In this document: positions 1 to 9,593 of the stretch, piece by piece
Numbering within the stretch: position 1 is the stretch's first letter
Layout of the letters: each line of letters opens with the position of its first letter
Origin: Leptolyngbyaceae cyanobacterium
Lineage (GTDB): Bacteria; Cyanobacteriota; Cyanobacteriia; Phormidesmidales; Phormidesmidaceae
DNA: 64,000 nucleotides
Direction of reading: 5' to 3'
NCBI GenBank assembly: GCA_050331235.1
Contig: JBHJHA010000020.1
Coordinates: 20,101 to 84,100 of the forward strand
Program-made: the position numbers and the translations under genes
Notes under the pieces: model-generated
Databases searched by the model: none
What the model was told of the DNA's origin: nothing
What the model saw: only the letters and a program-made list of their open reading frames with translations

Positions 1-157
1 AGCAAGCCTTTGGATGTGCGAATTCGGTAAATACCGTGGTTACAAAACTTTGTGATCGGGGCACTGTATTAATACGAGCAACCGCCACCATAGACCGTTT
101 CACGGGCTGTCCTTTTTAATCTGCTCACTTCGTTGTGCTGGTAAACAGTAAAAATTC

Positions 158-769
158 GTGCTAACTTCTACTCCTGCTTTAAATCCTCGATTGATTCAAC
201 CTAAATCATCCTTGCAACCGACCAAGCTGCTAGGGCAAAGAGAAGATTATACTACTTGCCATATTCTGCTTCCAGAAGAAGGCGAACGACTGCCAGCGAT
301 CGCGCTCGATGGTCATTTTTATAGCTTTTTTAGGAGCTTGGATGATCCGCAAAAAATCCTCCGCATCTTACTGAAACTTTCCGCGAAGGGTGAGCGCACG
401 GTCATGACCCCTAACAAACGGGGATATGCCATCTGGGTACATGAACCGACTGCGGTATTGGCCACGTCAAAGGGGAAGGCTTCTCGCCAGTTACCCTCAT
501 CCTTTGGCCCCGCCAACTGCTGGATTATTAGCGATCGTCAGCCGGGCTACCGTCTATGTACTCTCAATGTCCCCGATTTACCCGACGCGGTCCCAGGTCT
601 CGCCCAAGGACAAAAGCTCTTTAGCCTGTACCGGCGTGAGCAAGATGCTGACAATACGCTTAAACTGGGCTCTCGTCTTTCCCAACGAGGCGACGAAATC
701 GTGATTGTTATCTCTAACAACAACTACGGTCTGTGCATTTATGAACCCGGTGCAACCGCACTCAACTAA
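158..769 (+). CDS. Hypothetical protein made of two similar ~70-aa domains
   Basis: 203-aa ORF. The halves align by eye (HILLPE..LPAI..DGHFYSFFR..YAIWVHEP vs TLNVPD..VPGL..GQKLFSLYR..YGLCIYEP). A terminator hairpin follows. Confidence 0.75.
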   Translation: MLTSTPALNPRLIQPKSSLQPTKLLGQREDYTTCHILLPEEGERLPAIALDGHFYSFFRSLDDPQKILRILLKLSAKGERTVMTPNKRGYAIWVHEPTAVLATSKGKASRQLPSSFGPANCWIISDRQPGYRLCTLNVPDLPDAVPGLAQGQKLFSLYRREQDADNTLKLGSRLSQRGDEIVIVISNNNYGLCIYEPGATALN

Positions 770-861
770 GCCAGCGATGGCACATTTGGTAGCCCAGCGA
801 TCGACATCCCAAATCAAGGAGCCCAGCATTTAAACGGTGCACTGTTGTTGCTCATAAGACT

Positions 862-894
862 CTCCCCTAGACGCTCTCAAGGTGTCTAGGGGAG
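862..894. terminator. Hairpin between convergent genes, probable terminator
   Basis: CTCCCCTAGAC...GTCTAGGGGAG inverted repeat. Confidence 0.65.
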
Positions 895-1019
895 TTATTG
901 TACGGAGCCACCTGTCCAAGGCAACTTCGTCTACAGGCATCTTCATTTCAAACTACTGCCTTGCTTAGACCATGTGTGTCCTACAGAGCTCAAGCATTCA
1001 GTAGACAGCCTTAACTAGA

Positions 1020-1379
1020 TTAACGCTGACCCGGACTACCGTTAGCTCCAGGTAAAATGGGTTGCTCAACGGCCTGTCGAAAACCTGCAACCTCTTCGGT
1101 AAAGTCGATGGGCAATACCGAGACAACGTTCTCATGGGGACGAGGAATGATTACCCAAGTTTCCAAAACACCACCGGGCGCATTTTCGGCAGCTGCGACC
1201 CCCGCTTCCATGGCAGCTTTCACTTCTGATATATCACCCCGAATGTTGACCACAAATCGAGCACTGCCCGCCCGAATGTAGTTCACCAAAGTCACCCGAC
1301 CTGCTTTGACCATTGCATCTGCTGCCGCCAAAACAGGCGGAAAGCCTTTTGTCTCAAGGGAGCCCACTGCCTGTGGCAT
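1020..1379 (-). CDS. ccmK4: Carboxysome shell protein CcmK4 (BMC domain)
   Basis: AVGSLETKGFPPVLAAADAMVKAGRVTLV...WVIIPRPHENV. Lies downstream of ccmK3. Confidence 0.92.
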   Translation of the reverse strand: MPQAVGSLETKGFPPVLAAADAMVKAGRVTLVNYIRAGSARFVVNIRGDISEVKAAMEAGVAAAENAPGGVLETWVIIPRPHENVVSVLPIDFTEEVAGFRQAVEQPILPGANGSPGQR

Positions 1380-1509
1380 TGCCGTTCTCCTAATTTATGC
1401 CTGTATTGCAAACTTTATTGTACGAGCCTGATGAACATTAGCGCGGCGATAATGAAGGAATTAAGTCATCGCCAGACAATCTTCAAATTTGTTCAGACGC
1501 CTTCAAGCG

Positions 1510-1851
1510 TCAGAGACCGGGTAGAACGCCCCGCATTTCCTCTAACCAAAAATCTTCTGATTCTTCGCTGAAGTAGATGGGCAGTACCGCCTCTAAGTTT
1601 TCGGGCGGATTGGGCACGATGTAGTGAGTTGTCACCGTGCCTTCATTCGGCATATTGTTGCCAACTTCAATACCAGCTTCTACCGCACGCTTGACTTCGG
1701 AAACGGGACCTCGAACCGCCACAAACTGTCGGCCACTTTCAGCCCGCTCATATTTCACTAAAGTGACGCGCCCTGCCTTAACCATCGCGTCTGCGACTCC
1801 GAGCACTGCGGGAAATCCCTGAGTTTCAATGACACCAACAGCAAATGGCAT
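1510..1851 (-). CDS. ccmK3: Carboxysome shell protein CcmK3 (BMC domain)
   Basis: MPFAVGVIETQGFPAVL..DAMVKAGRVTLV.YERAESG...HYIVPNPPENL. Start moved to ATG at 1851. Confidence 0.9.
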   Translation of the reverse strand: MPFAVGVIETQGFPAVLGVADAMVKAGRVTLVKYERAESGRQFVAVRGPVSEVKRAVEAGIEVGNNMPNEGTVTTHYIVPNPPENLEAVLPIYFSEESEDFWLEEMRGVLPGL

Positions 1852-1919
1852 AGACTCAAACGTCCTAAAAACTTGAAATGACGATTTTGAAACCGGGGTA
1901 AACCAGCCCAGCTTTAGAA

Positions 1920-2504
1920 TCATACCTTGATTGAGCTGGGTTCCGCGATCGCGGCAATGATTCGTTCGCAGCCTGACTCTGGCCGGGCCCAGTCATAGTG
2001 GCAAATCTTAGGATCGCCCCAGCAAAGGCGTAAATACAGCTCCGAACGAGTTGCATCAACCTCCGCCCATTCCGCCTCGCTAATCCACGTATCAATGGTG
2101 GCTAGCTCCACCGGCAGAGGGGGTGGCCCTGGTCGCCAAAGTCGCAGATTTGGAATTGAAGAACGCCAAAACTGGATTACCCCCGACTTGGCAGCTTGCA
2201 GTGCTAGCTTATCTGCCTCAATGGCAATGAGTTGGGGGTGCAGTTCTGGGAACCGATGCGATCGCCCCTTAAAGCGGCACGTATGCCATACCAAACCAGA
2301 TACATTGTGCTCGCGCTGATAATGATGAATTTGATCGCGAAAGTCTTGCACCGCAAACACTTTGCTAAGTTTCTCAGTGCCAATCGCCTTGGCAATCACT
2401 GGATTGAGGCGTTCATTGGAAGACAAGACCACCCGCTCTCCTCGCCAAGCTGCCCGGAGTTCCTGATCAAGAAAGTCGAGGAGTTGTTCAGTCGTATAAC
2501 TCAT
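1920..2504 (-). CDS. Hypothetical protein upstream of ccmK3
   Basis: ~194-aa ORF (MSYTTEQLLDFLDQELRA...), co-oriented with ccmK3K4. Confidence 0.7.
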   Translation of the reverse strand: MSYTTEQLLDFLDQELRAAWRGERVVLSSNERLNPVIAKAIGTEKLSKVFAVQDFRDQIHHYQREHNVSGLVWHTCRFKGRSHRFPELHPQLIAIEADKLALQAAKSGVIQFWRSSIPNLRLWRPGPPPLPVELATIDTWISEAEWAEVDATRSELYLRLCWGDPKICHYDWARPESGCERIIAAIAEPSSIKV

Positions 2505-2700
2505 GGGCACTCAGAGTAAGAGTAGTCCAATCTTATCAACCTTGCTTCGTGCTGACAGTGCCTTGGCCTACGCTCAGGGAGCCCAGCACTAATTATGGCT
2601 CATCTATGGACATGGAATAACAAATCTGAACCAGCATCCACGACTCAGGTGGAGTCTTAGCCAATCAGCAGCATCACCGTCCCAAGTAATGACGATGGCT

Positions 2701-3453
2701 TCAAACCGCCAAAAACTCTTGAATCACCGCGTTACTAAGCTCTGCAGTTGGTCCCGAAGAGACGATCCCGCCTTTTTGCATGGCGTAGTAATAATCGGCT
2801 TGGCGGACAAAGTGCAAATGCTGCTCCACCAGTAAAACTGAGATGCCAGTGGTCTCAATAATCCGCCGCACAGCCGCCTCAATATCCAAAATGATGGAGG
2901 GCTGAATCCCTTCGGTGGGTTCATCGAGTACGAGGAGTTTGGGCTTGCTCATCAGGGCTCGGGCGATCGCCAATTGCTGTTGCTGACCGCCGCTTAAGTC
3001 GCCGCCCATGCGATCCAGCATAGTTTTCAACACGGGAAACAGCTCAAAGATTTCATTGGGTACGGTTTTGGACTTTTGCCCGCGATCGCCCAGGGCCTCT
3101 TGGCCAATGATCAGATTTTCGGCAACGGTCAGGCGGGGAATGATCTCCCGACCCTGGGGCACGTAACCAATACCCAGGCGGGCTCGTTTATCCGGAGTGA
3201 ATTTCAGCAGCGATCGCCCCTCGTATTCAATGTCTCCAGTACGAGGCAACAGCAAGCCCATAACGTTGTTCAGCAGCGTGGTTTTGCCCACTCCATTGCG
3301 GCCAATCAGACATACCATCTGGCCTTGGGGCACCGTCAAATCGACGTCTCGTAAAATATGGCTCTCACCGTAAAAGAAGTTGAGCCCAGAAATCTTCAGC
3401 ATGGGGGCCGTTGCCGCCGGGGCGTCCGACAGTACACCAGTCGTTTGGGTCAT
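2701..3453 (-). CDS. urtE: Urea ABC transporter ATP-binding subunit UrtE
   Basis: GRNGVGKTT, LSGGQQQQLAIARAL and LDEPTEGIQPS motifs. Last gene of the urt operon. Confidence 0.95.
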   Translation of the reverse strand: MTQTTGVLSDAPAATAPMLKISGLNFFYGESHILRDVDLTVPQGQMVCLIGRNGVGKTTLLNNVMGLLLPRTGDIEYEGRSLLKFTPDKRARLGIGYVPQGREIIPRLTVAENLIIGQEALGDRGQKSKTVPNEIFELFPVLKTMLDRMGGDLSGGQQQQLAIARALMSKPKLLVLDEPTEGIQPSIILDIEAAVRRIIETTGISVLLVEQHLHFVRQADYYYAMQKGGIVSSGPTAELSNAVIQEFLAV

Positions 3454-4571
3454 GACAGTAAATCCTCTTGAGCAGCCACTTCTAAACGGCTGACCGTTTC
3501 GGGGGCCAGATTAAGTAGAGAGACGAGCTTTTGATAGGTGAGGGCTTCGGCCTGGTTGATTTGGTTAGCGCTGATCACTTGAAAGCCCAGCACCAATGCC
3601 TGTTCGCGTTGTGCCTCAGAGGTCAATAAAGGCACCAACTCTTCTAGGGGAACAGCCTTGGCCAAAAGATTTTCTAATTCGCTTTTGAGGACCATTTGCT
3701 CGTCAGGATCATGGGCAAAGCGGCGACTCAGCTGAGTCAAAATCAAATCTTGCTCAGCTGAGTCAAATTGCTCATCGGCCCAGGCCATCGTGGCCGCAAT
3801 GCGCAATAGCAGCATCTGCTCGGCGGTGACGGTAGTCTCTTGGCCCAGGTACACCTCAATGACGCGGGGGTCGTTTTGCACCTCATCCATTGAGCCTTCA
3901 CAGAGCACTGACCCTTCATGGAGCACTGTCACCTGGCGGGCAATTTGCCGCACAAACTCCATGTCGTGCTCAATCACAATGATGGAATGACTCTCGGCCA
4001 GAGACATCAGCAGGTTACCCGTTTGTTCAGTCTCTTCGTCCGTTAGACCGGCCACAGGCTCATCTACCAGCAACAAGTCAGGGGACTGAGCGACCAACAT
4101 GCCGATTTCGAGCCACTGCTTTTCTCCGTGGGAGAGCAACGCCGCGGGAATATCCGCTTTGCAGTCAAGGCCAATGGTTTCTAACAAACCACCTACGGTG
4201 CGTTTTTCGGCAGTAGGCGTTTGCTTAAACAGCGTCGCAAAGACGTTTTTGTCACGGTTGCAAGACAGCTCTAAGTTTTCTCGGGGGGTGAGATTTAGAT
4301 ACACCCGAGGAGTTTGAAATTTACGGCCGATGCCCAATCGCGCGATGGTGTGCTCGGCCTGCTTTTTGAGGTCTTTACCTTTAAACCGAGCCTGCCCCGT
4401 AGTGGGCTGCACTTTGCCTGTAATCACGTCTAAAAAGGTCGTTTTACCCGCGCCGTTGGGACCAATGATGACTCGCAGCTCTCCCTCTTGCATGGAGAAG
4501 TTGAGGTCGTTCAGCGCCTTAAATCCGTCGAAGCTAACGGTGACATGTTCAATCTCTAGCAGTGCTGTCAT
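3450..4571 (-). CDS. urtD: Urea ABC transporter ATP-binding subunit UrtD with a C-terminal TerB-like extension
   Basis: GPNGAGKTT, LSHGEKQWLEIGM and VIEVYLG (the usual UrtD end), followed by ~130 extra aa. Confidence 0.93.
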   Translation of the reverse strand: MTALLEIEHVTVSFDGFKALNDLNFSMQEGELRVIIGPNGAGKTTFLDVITGKVQPTTGQARFKGKDLKKQAEHTIARLGIGRKFQTPRVYLNLTPRENLELSCNRDKNVFATLFKQTPTAEKRTVGGLLETIGLDCKADIPAALLSHGEKQWLEIGMLVAQSPDLLLVDEPVAGLTDEETEQTGNLLMSLAESHSIIVIEHDMEFVRQIARQVTVLHEGSVLCEGSMDEVQNDPRVIEVYLGQETTVTAEQMLLLRIAATMAWADEQFDSAEQDLILTQLSRRFAHDPDEQMVLKSELENLLAKAVPLEELVPLLTSEAQREQALVLGFQVISANQINQAEALTYQKLVSLLNLAPETVSRLEVAAQEDLLS

Positions 4572-4650
4572 GTTGAAAGAGTCGGTAAATCAAAATATTA
4601 AACGGCGAACACTCAATGATGGATATGGGTCGACCGGGTCGAGCCTTGGG

Positions 4651-5820
4651 CTATTCAGACACTTGCTGGGAGGCTGGTGGTGCATCTAGCTCACCCTCCA
4701 CCTGCGGGTAGGTTAACGGGGCCTTGCTAAAGAGCGATCGCACTCCCATAGGGGCCTGCTGGCGCAGCCACCCTACGATGCCGTCAGGCAGAGCAGTTAC
4801 TACGAGCAAAAACAGCGCCCCTTGGAAAAATAGCCATACCTCAGGAAAGCTCTCACTGAGCAAGGCTCGCGCCCAGTTCACCAAGAGGGCACCGAGAATC
4901 GCGCCCACCAGTGTGGCACGGCCCCCCACCGCCACCCAAATCACCATCTCAATGGAAAAGGCAATGTCCATAAACTGCGGTGAAACGATGCCTGACTGCA
5001 CAGTGTAGAGCGCTCCCGCGATGCCCGCGATCGCCCCAGAGACGGCAAACACCAGCACTTTAAAGCCGGTGGGGTCATACCCCGAAAAGCGCACGCGGTT
5101 TTCATCATCCCGAATTGCCATGAGCAGCCGACCAAACCGGCCACTGGTCAGCCAGCGACAGAGCAAATACATCAGCACTAAAAGGGCGATCGTCAGCAAA
5201 TAAAACGTCATCTGCATCCTTTCATCGCCCACCTGCTGTCCCCAAAAGGTGCTCGTGTCGGTTTTCAAACCGTTGGTGCCATTGATCCATTTTTGTTGGC
5301 CATTGAACAGGTTGAAAAAGACCACTAGGGCCGCTTGGGTCAAGATTGAAAAATAAACGCCCCGAATGCGGTTGCGGAAAACTAGATAGCCCAACAAACC
5401 GGCAATGATCGCCGGAATTATAAATATTGCTAGCAGAGTAAAGGGAAATGAATAAAACGGTTGCCAAAACCAAGGCAGTTCAGAGACACCATACAGACCA
5501 AAAAACTCCGGTAGTTGCCCTGCTTCTAAGCTATTGAGCTGGAGAAACATGGCAAAAGCATAGCCACCGAGAGCAAAGAAAATACCGTGCCCGAGGCTCA
5601 ACAAGCCTGTAAAGCCCCAAATCAAATCAATGCCTAAGGCGACGATCGCCAGTGACATAAATCGTCCCAATAAGCCAAGGCGAAAGCCACTTAAAACAAG
5701 AGGTAAGATCACCGCCATCAGCACGACAAACGCAACAATGCCGATGATTTCGACTAGGCGGCGGCGGGAATTTTGTGCTCGAACTACTTTTCTAGGTTGC
5801 ACGGGAGTTGGAGTCGTCAT
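4651..5820 (-). CDS. urtC: Urea ABC transporter permease UrtC
   Basis: DLIWGFTGLLSLGHGIFF, RIRGVYFSILTQA, IRDDENRVRFSGY. Start set at ATG 5820. Confidence 0.95.
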   Translation of the reverse strand: MTTPTPVQPRKVVRAQNSRRRLVEIIGIVAFVVLMAVILPLVLSGFRLGLLGRFMSLAIVALGIDLIWGFTGLLSLGHGIFFALGGYAFAMFLQLNSLEAGQLPEFFGLYGVSELPWFWQPFYSFPFTLLAIFIIPAIIAGLLGYLVFRNRIRGVYFSILTQAALVVFFNLFNGQQKWINGTNGLKTDTSTFWGQQVGDERMQMTFYLLTIALLVLMYLLCRWLTSGRFGRLLMAIRDDENRVRFSGYDPTGFKVLVFAVSGAIAGIAGALYTVQSGIVSPQFMDIAFSIEMVIWVAVGGRATLVGAILGALLVNWARALLSESFPEVWLFFQGALFLLVVTALPDGIVGWLRQQAPMGVRSLFSKAPLTYPQVEGELDAPPASQQVSE

Positions 5821-5825
5821 CACTG

Positions 5826-6998
5826 CTATACCTCCACCGAACGGCCTTTTTGGGGGAACATCCCGGCCGGCTTCCACTGCAAGAAAGCAATGATCAGAGC
5901 AAACACCATGACCTTAGCCATACTCGTGGTAGCAAAGAACGTAAAGAAATCGGTCAGTGGTTGAAGGGCTGCAAATGGAGTGAGCATCAGCGCGATCGTG
6001 CCCGAACCGATGAGATAGGTAATGACGCCAATGACCATCGCCGCGACGATGCTGCCAACGAGCTTACCCACACCGCCGACTACTACCACCATGAAGGCAT
6101 CCACAATATAGTTGCCGCCTAGGTTAGGACCCACCGAGCCCAGCAGCGTTACCGCGCAGCCGGCAATCCCCGCTAAGCCTGAGCCCAAGGCAAAGGTCAA
6201 TGCGTCTACCGTTTCAGTGGGAATGCCCAGACAGGCACTCATCTTCCGGTTTTGAGTGACCGAGCGGATGCGCAGACCCCAAGCTGTACCGTTGAGGAAC
6301 CAGTAAACGCCAATTAAGCACACAATTGTCAGTGCAATAATGAACAGCCGGGCGTAGGGAAACTGCAGCGTTGAGCCTAGGGAGACACCGCCACGGAGCC
6401 AACTTGGCGCCGTTACATCAACGTTGCGGGCGCTGAACCAGGCGCGACTGAGGACGGTATTGTCGCCTTGGTTGATGACAATGCCGGTGGCGATCGCGAT
6501 CGCCCCTGACAGCATCAACACCACTGGATTGGCGAGTCGCCGCAGTTGTTCCCAATTAGTCTGCCGCTGCAGCACCCAGCGGCCACCCAAGAACAGTACA
6601 CAAAAGATGACTAAGCCAATCACCATGGCCCAGTTCACACTGCGGACAAACTGCCGCAAAATCAAGCTCACACCCCAAGTAGCCAGTAGCGTTTCTAGCG
6701 GTCGCCCGTATAAGTGACGAATGACGCCCCGCTCCAGGACAAGACCCACCAGCGCAGCCACCACAAAAGACAGCGGCAGCGCCACAAAAATGTAAATTTC
6801 CAGCGCTCCATCGCCCATGGCCTTAGCGCCATTTTGCACCACGTAGGTCGTGTAAGCGCCCAGCATCATGAGTTCCCCATGGGCCAGATTGATCACGCCC
6901 ATGAGCCCAAACACAATTGCCAGGCCCAGGGCCACAATCAACAATACTGCGCCAATGCTGATGCCGTTAAATGCACCGCTTATTAATCCCTCAATCAC
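5826..6998 (-). CDS. urtB: Urea ABC transporter permease UrtB
   Basis: LGLAIVFGLMGVINLAHGELMMLGAY and LYGRPLETLLATWG. GTG start at 6998 inferred. Confidence 0.93.
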   Translation of the reverse strand: MIEGLISGAFNGISIGAVLLIVALGLAIVFGLMGVINLAHGELMMLGAYTTYVVQNGAKAMGDGALEIYIFVALPLSFVVAALVGLVLERGVIRHLYGRPLETLLATWGVSLILRQFVRSVNWAMVIGLVIFCVLFLGGRWVLQRQTNWEQLRRLANPVVLMLSGAIAIATGIVINQGDNTVLSRAWFSARNVDVTAPSWLRGGVSLGSTLQFPYARLFIIALTIVCLIGVYWFLNGTAWGLRIRSVTQNRKMSACLGIPTETVDALTFALGSGLAGIAGCAVTLLGSVGPNLGGNYIVDAFMVVVVGGVGKLVGSIVAAMVIGVITYLIGSGTIALMLTPFAALQPLTDFFTFFATTSMAKVMVFALIIAFLQWKPAGMFPQKGRSVEV

Positions 6999-7088
6999 AC
7001 GCTTATCCGCCGGATAAATTTCACATAGACGGCGATCGCCATCATGACTTGCCACCAATTGCCACCTCAGAGAGTCCTGCCGGTACCG

Positions 7089-7119
7089 CTGTAATGATGA
7101 CAACTGTAATGATGACAAC
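7089..7119. repeat. Perfect 15-bp tandem duplication (CTGTAATGATGACAA x2)
   Basis: Read directly in the urtA-urtB spacer. Confidence 0.9.
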
Positions 7120-7125
7120 GAGTCC

Positions 7126-7175
7126 AAAAAAAAAGGAGAGCAAACCGCCGAGTGTTGGCAAAGCTTTACTCTCCT
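7126..7175 (-). terminator. Intra-operon terminator or mRNA-stabilising hairpin after urtA
   Basis: Minus strand GGAGAG...CTCTCC imperfect stem followed by T9. Confidence 0.75.
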
Positions 7176-7211
7176 AGACATCAGGTTGCATACCTCAAAT
7201 GGTTGCCTGGC

Positions 7212-8549
7212 CTACGCACCCTCGGTCTGATATTTGCCACCCTTTTCGGGATCAGACCAGTCGCAGGCAAAGCCCTTGGTATCAGGCACATACTGGTTCC
7301 AAGGCACCGGATCAACAGGACCGTCGGTCGAAGACACGATGTCAAACAAACCATCATCTCGGACTTGGCCGATACGCACAGTCTTAGAGATGTGGTGATT
7401 CGGGTTCATCGTCACCTGTCCCTCAGGTGCCGCAAAGGTTTGCCCGTAAGCGGCTTCACGTACGGCTGGAATGTCAGTGGTCCCGGCTTCTTCAACTGCC
7501 TGCTTCCAGAGGTAGACCATGATATAAGCCGCCTCCATGGGGTCGTTGGTCACGCGATCGTCACCATACTCGGCCTTAAAGTCCGCTACCCACTTTTCGT
7601 TTTCCGGGGTCTCAACTGTCTGGAAGTAGTTCCAAGCAGCATGGTGATCAATCAAGAATTCCTTGCCGATCTGCCGAACTTCTTCTTCGGCAATGCTGAC
7701 GGACATGACAGGATACTTGTCAGGTCCCATGCCTGCACCCTGCAGCTGCTTAAAGAAAGCAACGTTGCTGTCACCGTTCAAGCTGTTAAAGATAACTCCG
7801 CCATCTGGCAGAGCTGCCTTGATTTTCGTGATGATCGGCGTAACTTCAGTGTTGCCCAAAGGCAGATAATCTTCACCAACGGTTTCGCCGCCCTTGGCCG
7901 CCAATTGCTCTTTGATAATGGTGTTGGCAGTCCGTGGGAAGACGTAGTCAGAGCCTACCAAGAAGAACTGCTGGCCCTTGTTCTCTAGCAGCCAGTCAAC
8001 TGCGGGCTCAATCTGTTGGTTAGGGGCCGCACCTGTGTAGAAGATGTTTTGAGAACACTCTTGTCCTTCATACTGCACGGGGTACCAGAGCATATGCTGC
8101 TTAGATTCAAATACCGGCAGCACGGCTTTACGACTAGCAGAGGTCCAACAGCCAAAGACGGTAGCTACCTCGTCCTGATCGATCAGCTTCTCCGCTTTCT
8201 CAGCAAACGTAGGCCAGTCAGAAGCGCCATCTTCCTCAATCGCCTCAATTTGCTTACCGAGAACGCCGCCGGCTTCATTAATTTCTTTGATCGCAAGCTT
8301 TTCGGCGTCAACCACAGTAGTTTCGCTAATCGCCATCGTGCCACTCAGAGAGTGTAAGATACCGACCTTGATGGTTTCACCGTCGCCACCACCCGCCGCC
8401 GTAGCTTCGTCACCACCGCCTTCAGCAGGCTCGGTGGACTCGGTAGAAGCGGTATCCGAGGGAGAACCGCATGCCTTGAGCAGCATTGCTGTACCCATCG
8501 TGGCGGATCCATACAGCAAAAACTTTCGTCTGCCAAACCGATTTGTCAT
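7212..8549 (-). CDS. urtA: Urea ABC transporter substrate-binding protein UrtA
   Basis: Tat/lipoprotein leader (GRRKFL..LLKAC), [40 protein letters not shown]. Confidence 0.97.
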   Translation of the reverse strand: MTNRFGRRKFLLYGSATMGTAMLLKACGSPSDTASTESTEPAEGGGDEATAAGGGDGETIKVGILHSLSGTMAISETTVVDAEKLAIKEINEAGGVLGKQIEAIEEDGASDWPTFAEKAEKLIDQDEVATVFGCWTSASRKAVLPVFESKQHMLWYPVQYEGQECSQNIFYTGAAPNQQIEPAVDWLLENKGQQFFLVGSDYVFPRTANTIIKEQLAAKGGETVGEDYLPLGNTEVTPIITKIKAALPDGGVIFNSLNGDSNVAFFKQLQGAGMGPDKYPVMSVSIAEEEVRQIGKEFLIDHHAAWNYFQTVETPENEKWVADFKAEYGDDRVTNDPMEAAYIMVYLWKQAVEEAGTTDIPAVREAAYGQTFAAPEGQVTMNPNHHISKTVRIGQVRDDGLFDIVSSTDGPVDPVPWNQYVPDTKGFACDWSDPEKGGKYQTEGA

Positions 8550-8699
8550 TCGTGCCGTTACTCCTGACTCGAAAATGTGTTCTAGCCGTGCGATTACTTT
8601 GTGGCACAGCCGCACAAATTAAGGGGCTGTAGGCAGAGACACGCCTCCACCTTGAGAAGGATGTAACTCACTCGCCAGCATGCATCGCAATCGTAGGTG

Positions 8700-8741
8700 A
8701 TACTAAAGTCAGGGTAAATACGGAAGTGTATCGCAAGATAC
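8700..8741 (-). promoter_or_regulatory. NtcA-activated promoter of urtA
   Basis: GTA-N8-TAC (TGTATCGCAAGATACA, 8727-8742), then exactly 22 nt, then -10 TAGTAT on the minus strand (8705-8700). Confidence 0.9.
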
Positions 8742-8824
8742 AAAACCAAAAAATACTTGTCTGGATGTCTCGATAGCCCATCAGAATTGGGGTGAACAAA
8801 GGCACCCCTTGTCATCAATTACCG

Positions 8825-9487
8825 TCAATGGGAATGGCTATGGAGTCGGGCCGATTCCGCCGCCGCCGCTACCACATTTTCGCTCGGTCCCAGACCATAC
8901 TGATATCGGATCAAGTTGATGATCGCAGGTAGGCCCTCTTGAGTTTTGAGATTTGTAAATATAAACGGCCGATCGCCCCGCATTTTTTGGGCGTCACGCC
9001 GCATGACCTCGAGGTCTGCCCCAACATAGGGCGCGAGATCAATTTTGTTGATCACCAAGACATCAGACTTCATGATGCCGGGTCCACCTTTACGAGGAAT
9101 CTTGTCGCCGGCCGCGACATCGATGACATACAAGGTCATTTCGACAAGCTCAGGACTAAAGGTGGCGGCTAAGTTATCCCCCCCGCTCTCCACAAAGACG
9201 ATATCTGGGGCAAACTGACTCACCAACCGATCAATGGCTTCCAAGTTGATTGAAGCATCATCTCGAATGGCCGAATGCGGGCAGCCGCCGGTTTCTACGC
9301 CGATGATGCGATCGCGCGCTAGAGCCTCACTTCTCACTAAAAACTGAGCATCTTCTTGGGTATAAATGTCATTGGTTACAACGGCGAGATTGTAACTACC
9401 GCGCATTTCTTTGCATAGGGCATCAATCAGCGCAGTTTTGCCTGAGCCGACGGGGCCAGCCACCCCCACCCGAAATGGTTTCACCAT
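8825..9487 (-). CDS. ureG: Urease accessory GTPase UreG
   Basis: [26 protein letters not shown] motifs. C-terminal HSHSH. Confidence 0.97.
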   Translation of the reverse strand: MVKPFRVGVAGPVGSGKTALIDALCKEMRGSYNLAVVTNDIYTQEDAQFLVRSEALARDRIIGVETGGCPHSAIRDDASINLEAIDRLVSQFAPDIVFVESGGDNLAATFSPELVEMTLYVIDVAAGDKIPRKGGPGIMKSDVLVINKIDLAPYVGADLEVMRRDAQKMRGDRPFIFTNLKTQEGLPAIINLIRYQYGLGPSENVVAAAAESARLHSHSH

Positions 9488-9593
9488 ATCACCTGCCTCA
9501 GTGATGACGTTTCTATTGTTGAGGCATTATAGCGATGCGGTGCCGCTCCAAACTGGTAACTAATCGACAGAAACCCTATGCAGAATCCTGCCG

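Noticed and set aside
7152..8622. Long plus-strand ORFs (278, 113 and 111 aa) antisense to urtA
   Set aside because: Shadow ORFs of a conserved, codon-biased gene.
8693..8703. Second NtcA-like site GTA-N5-TAC at urtA
   Set aside because: Wrong spacing. It overlaps the -10/TSS of the true promoter.
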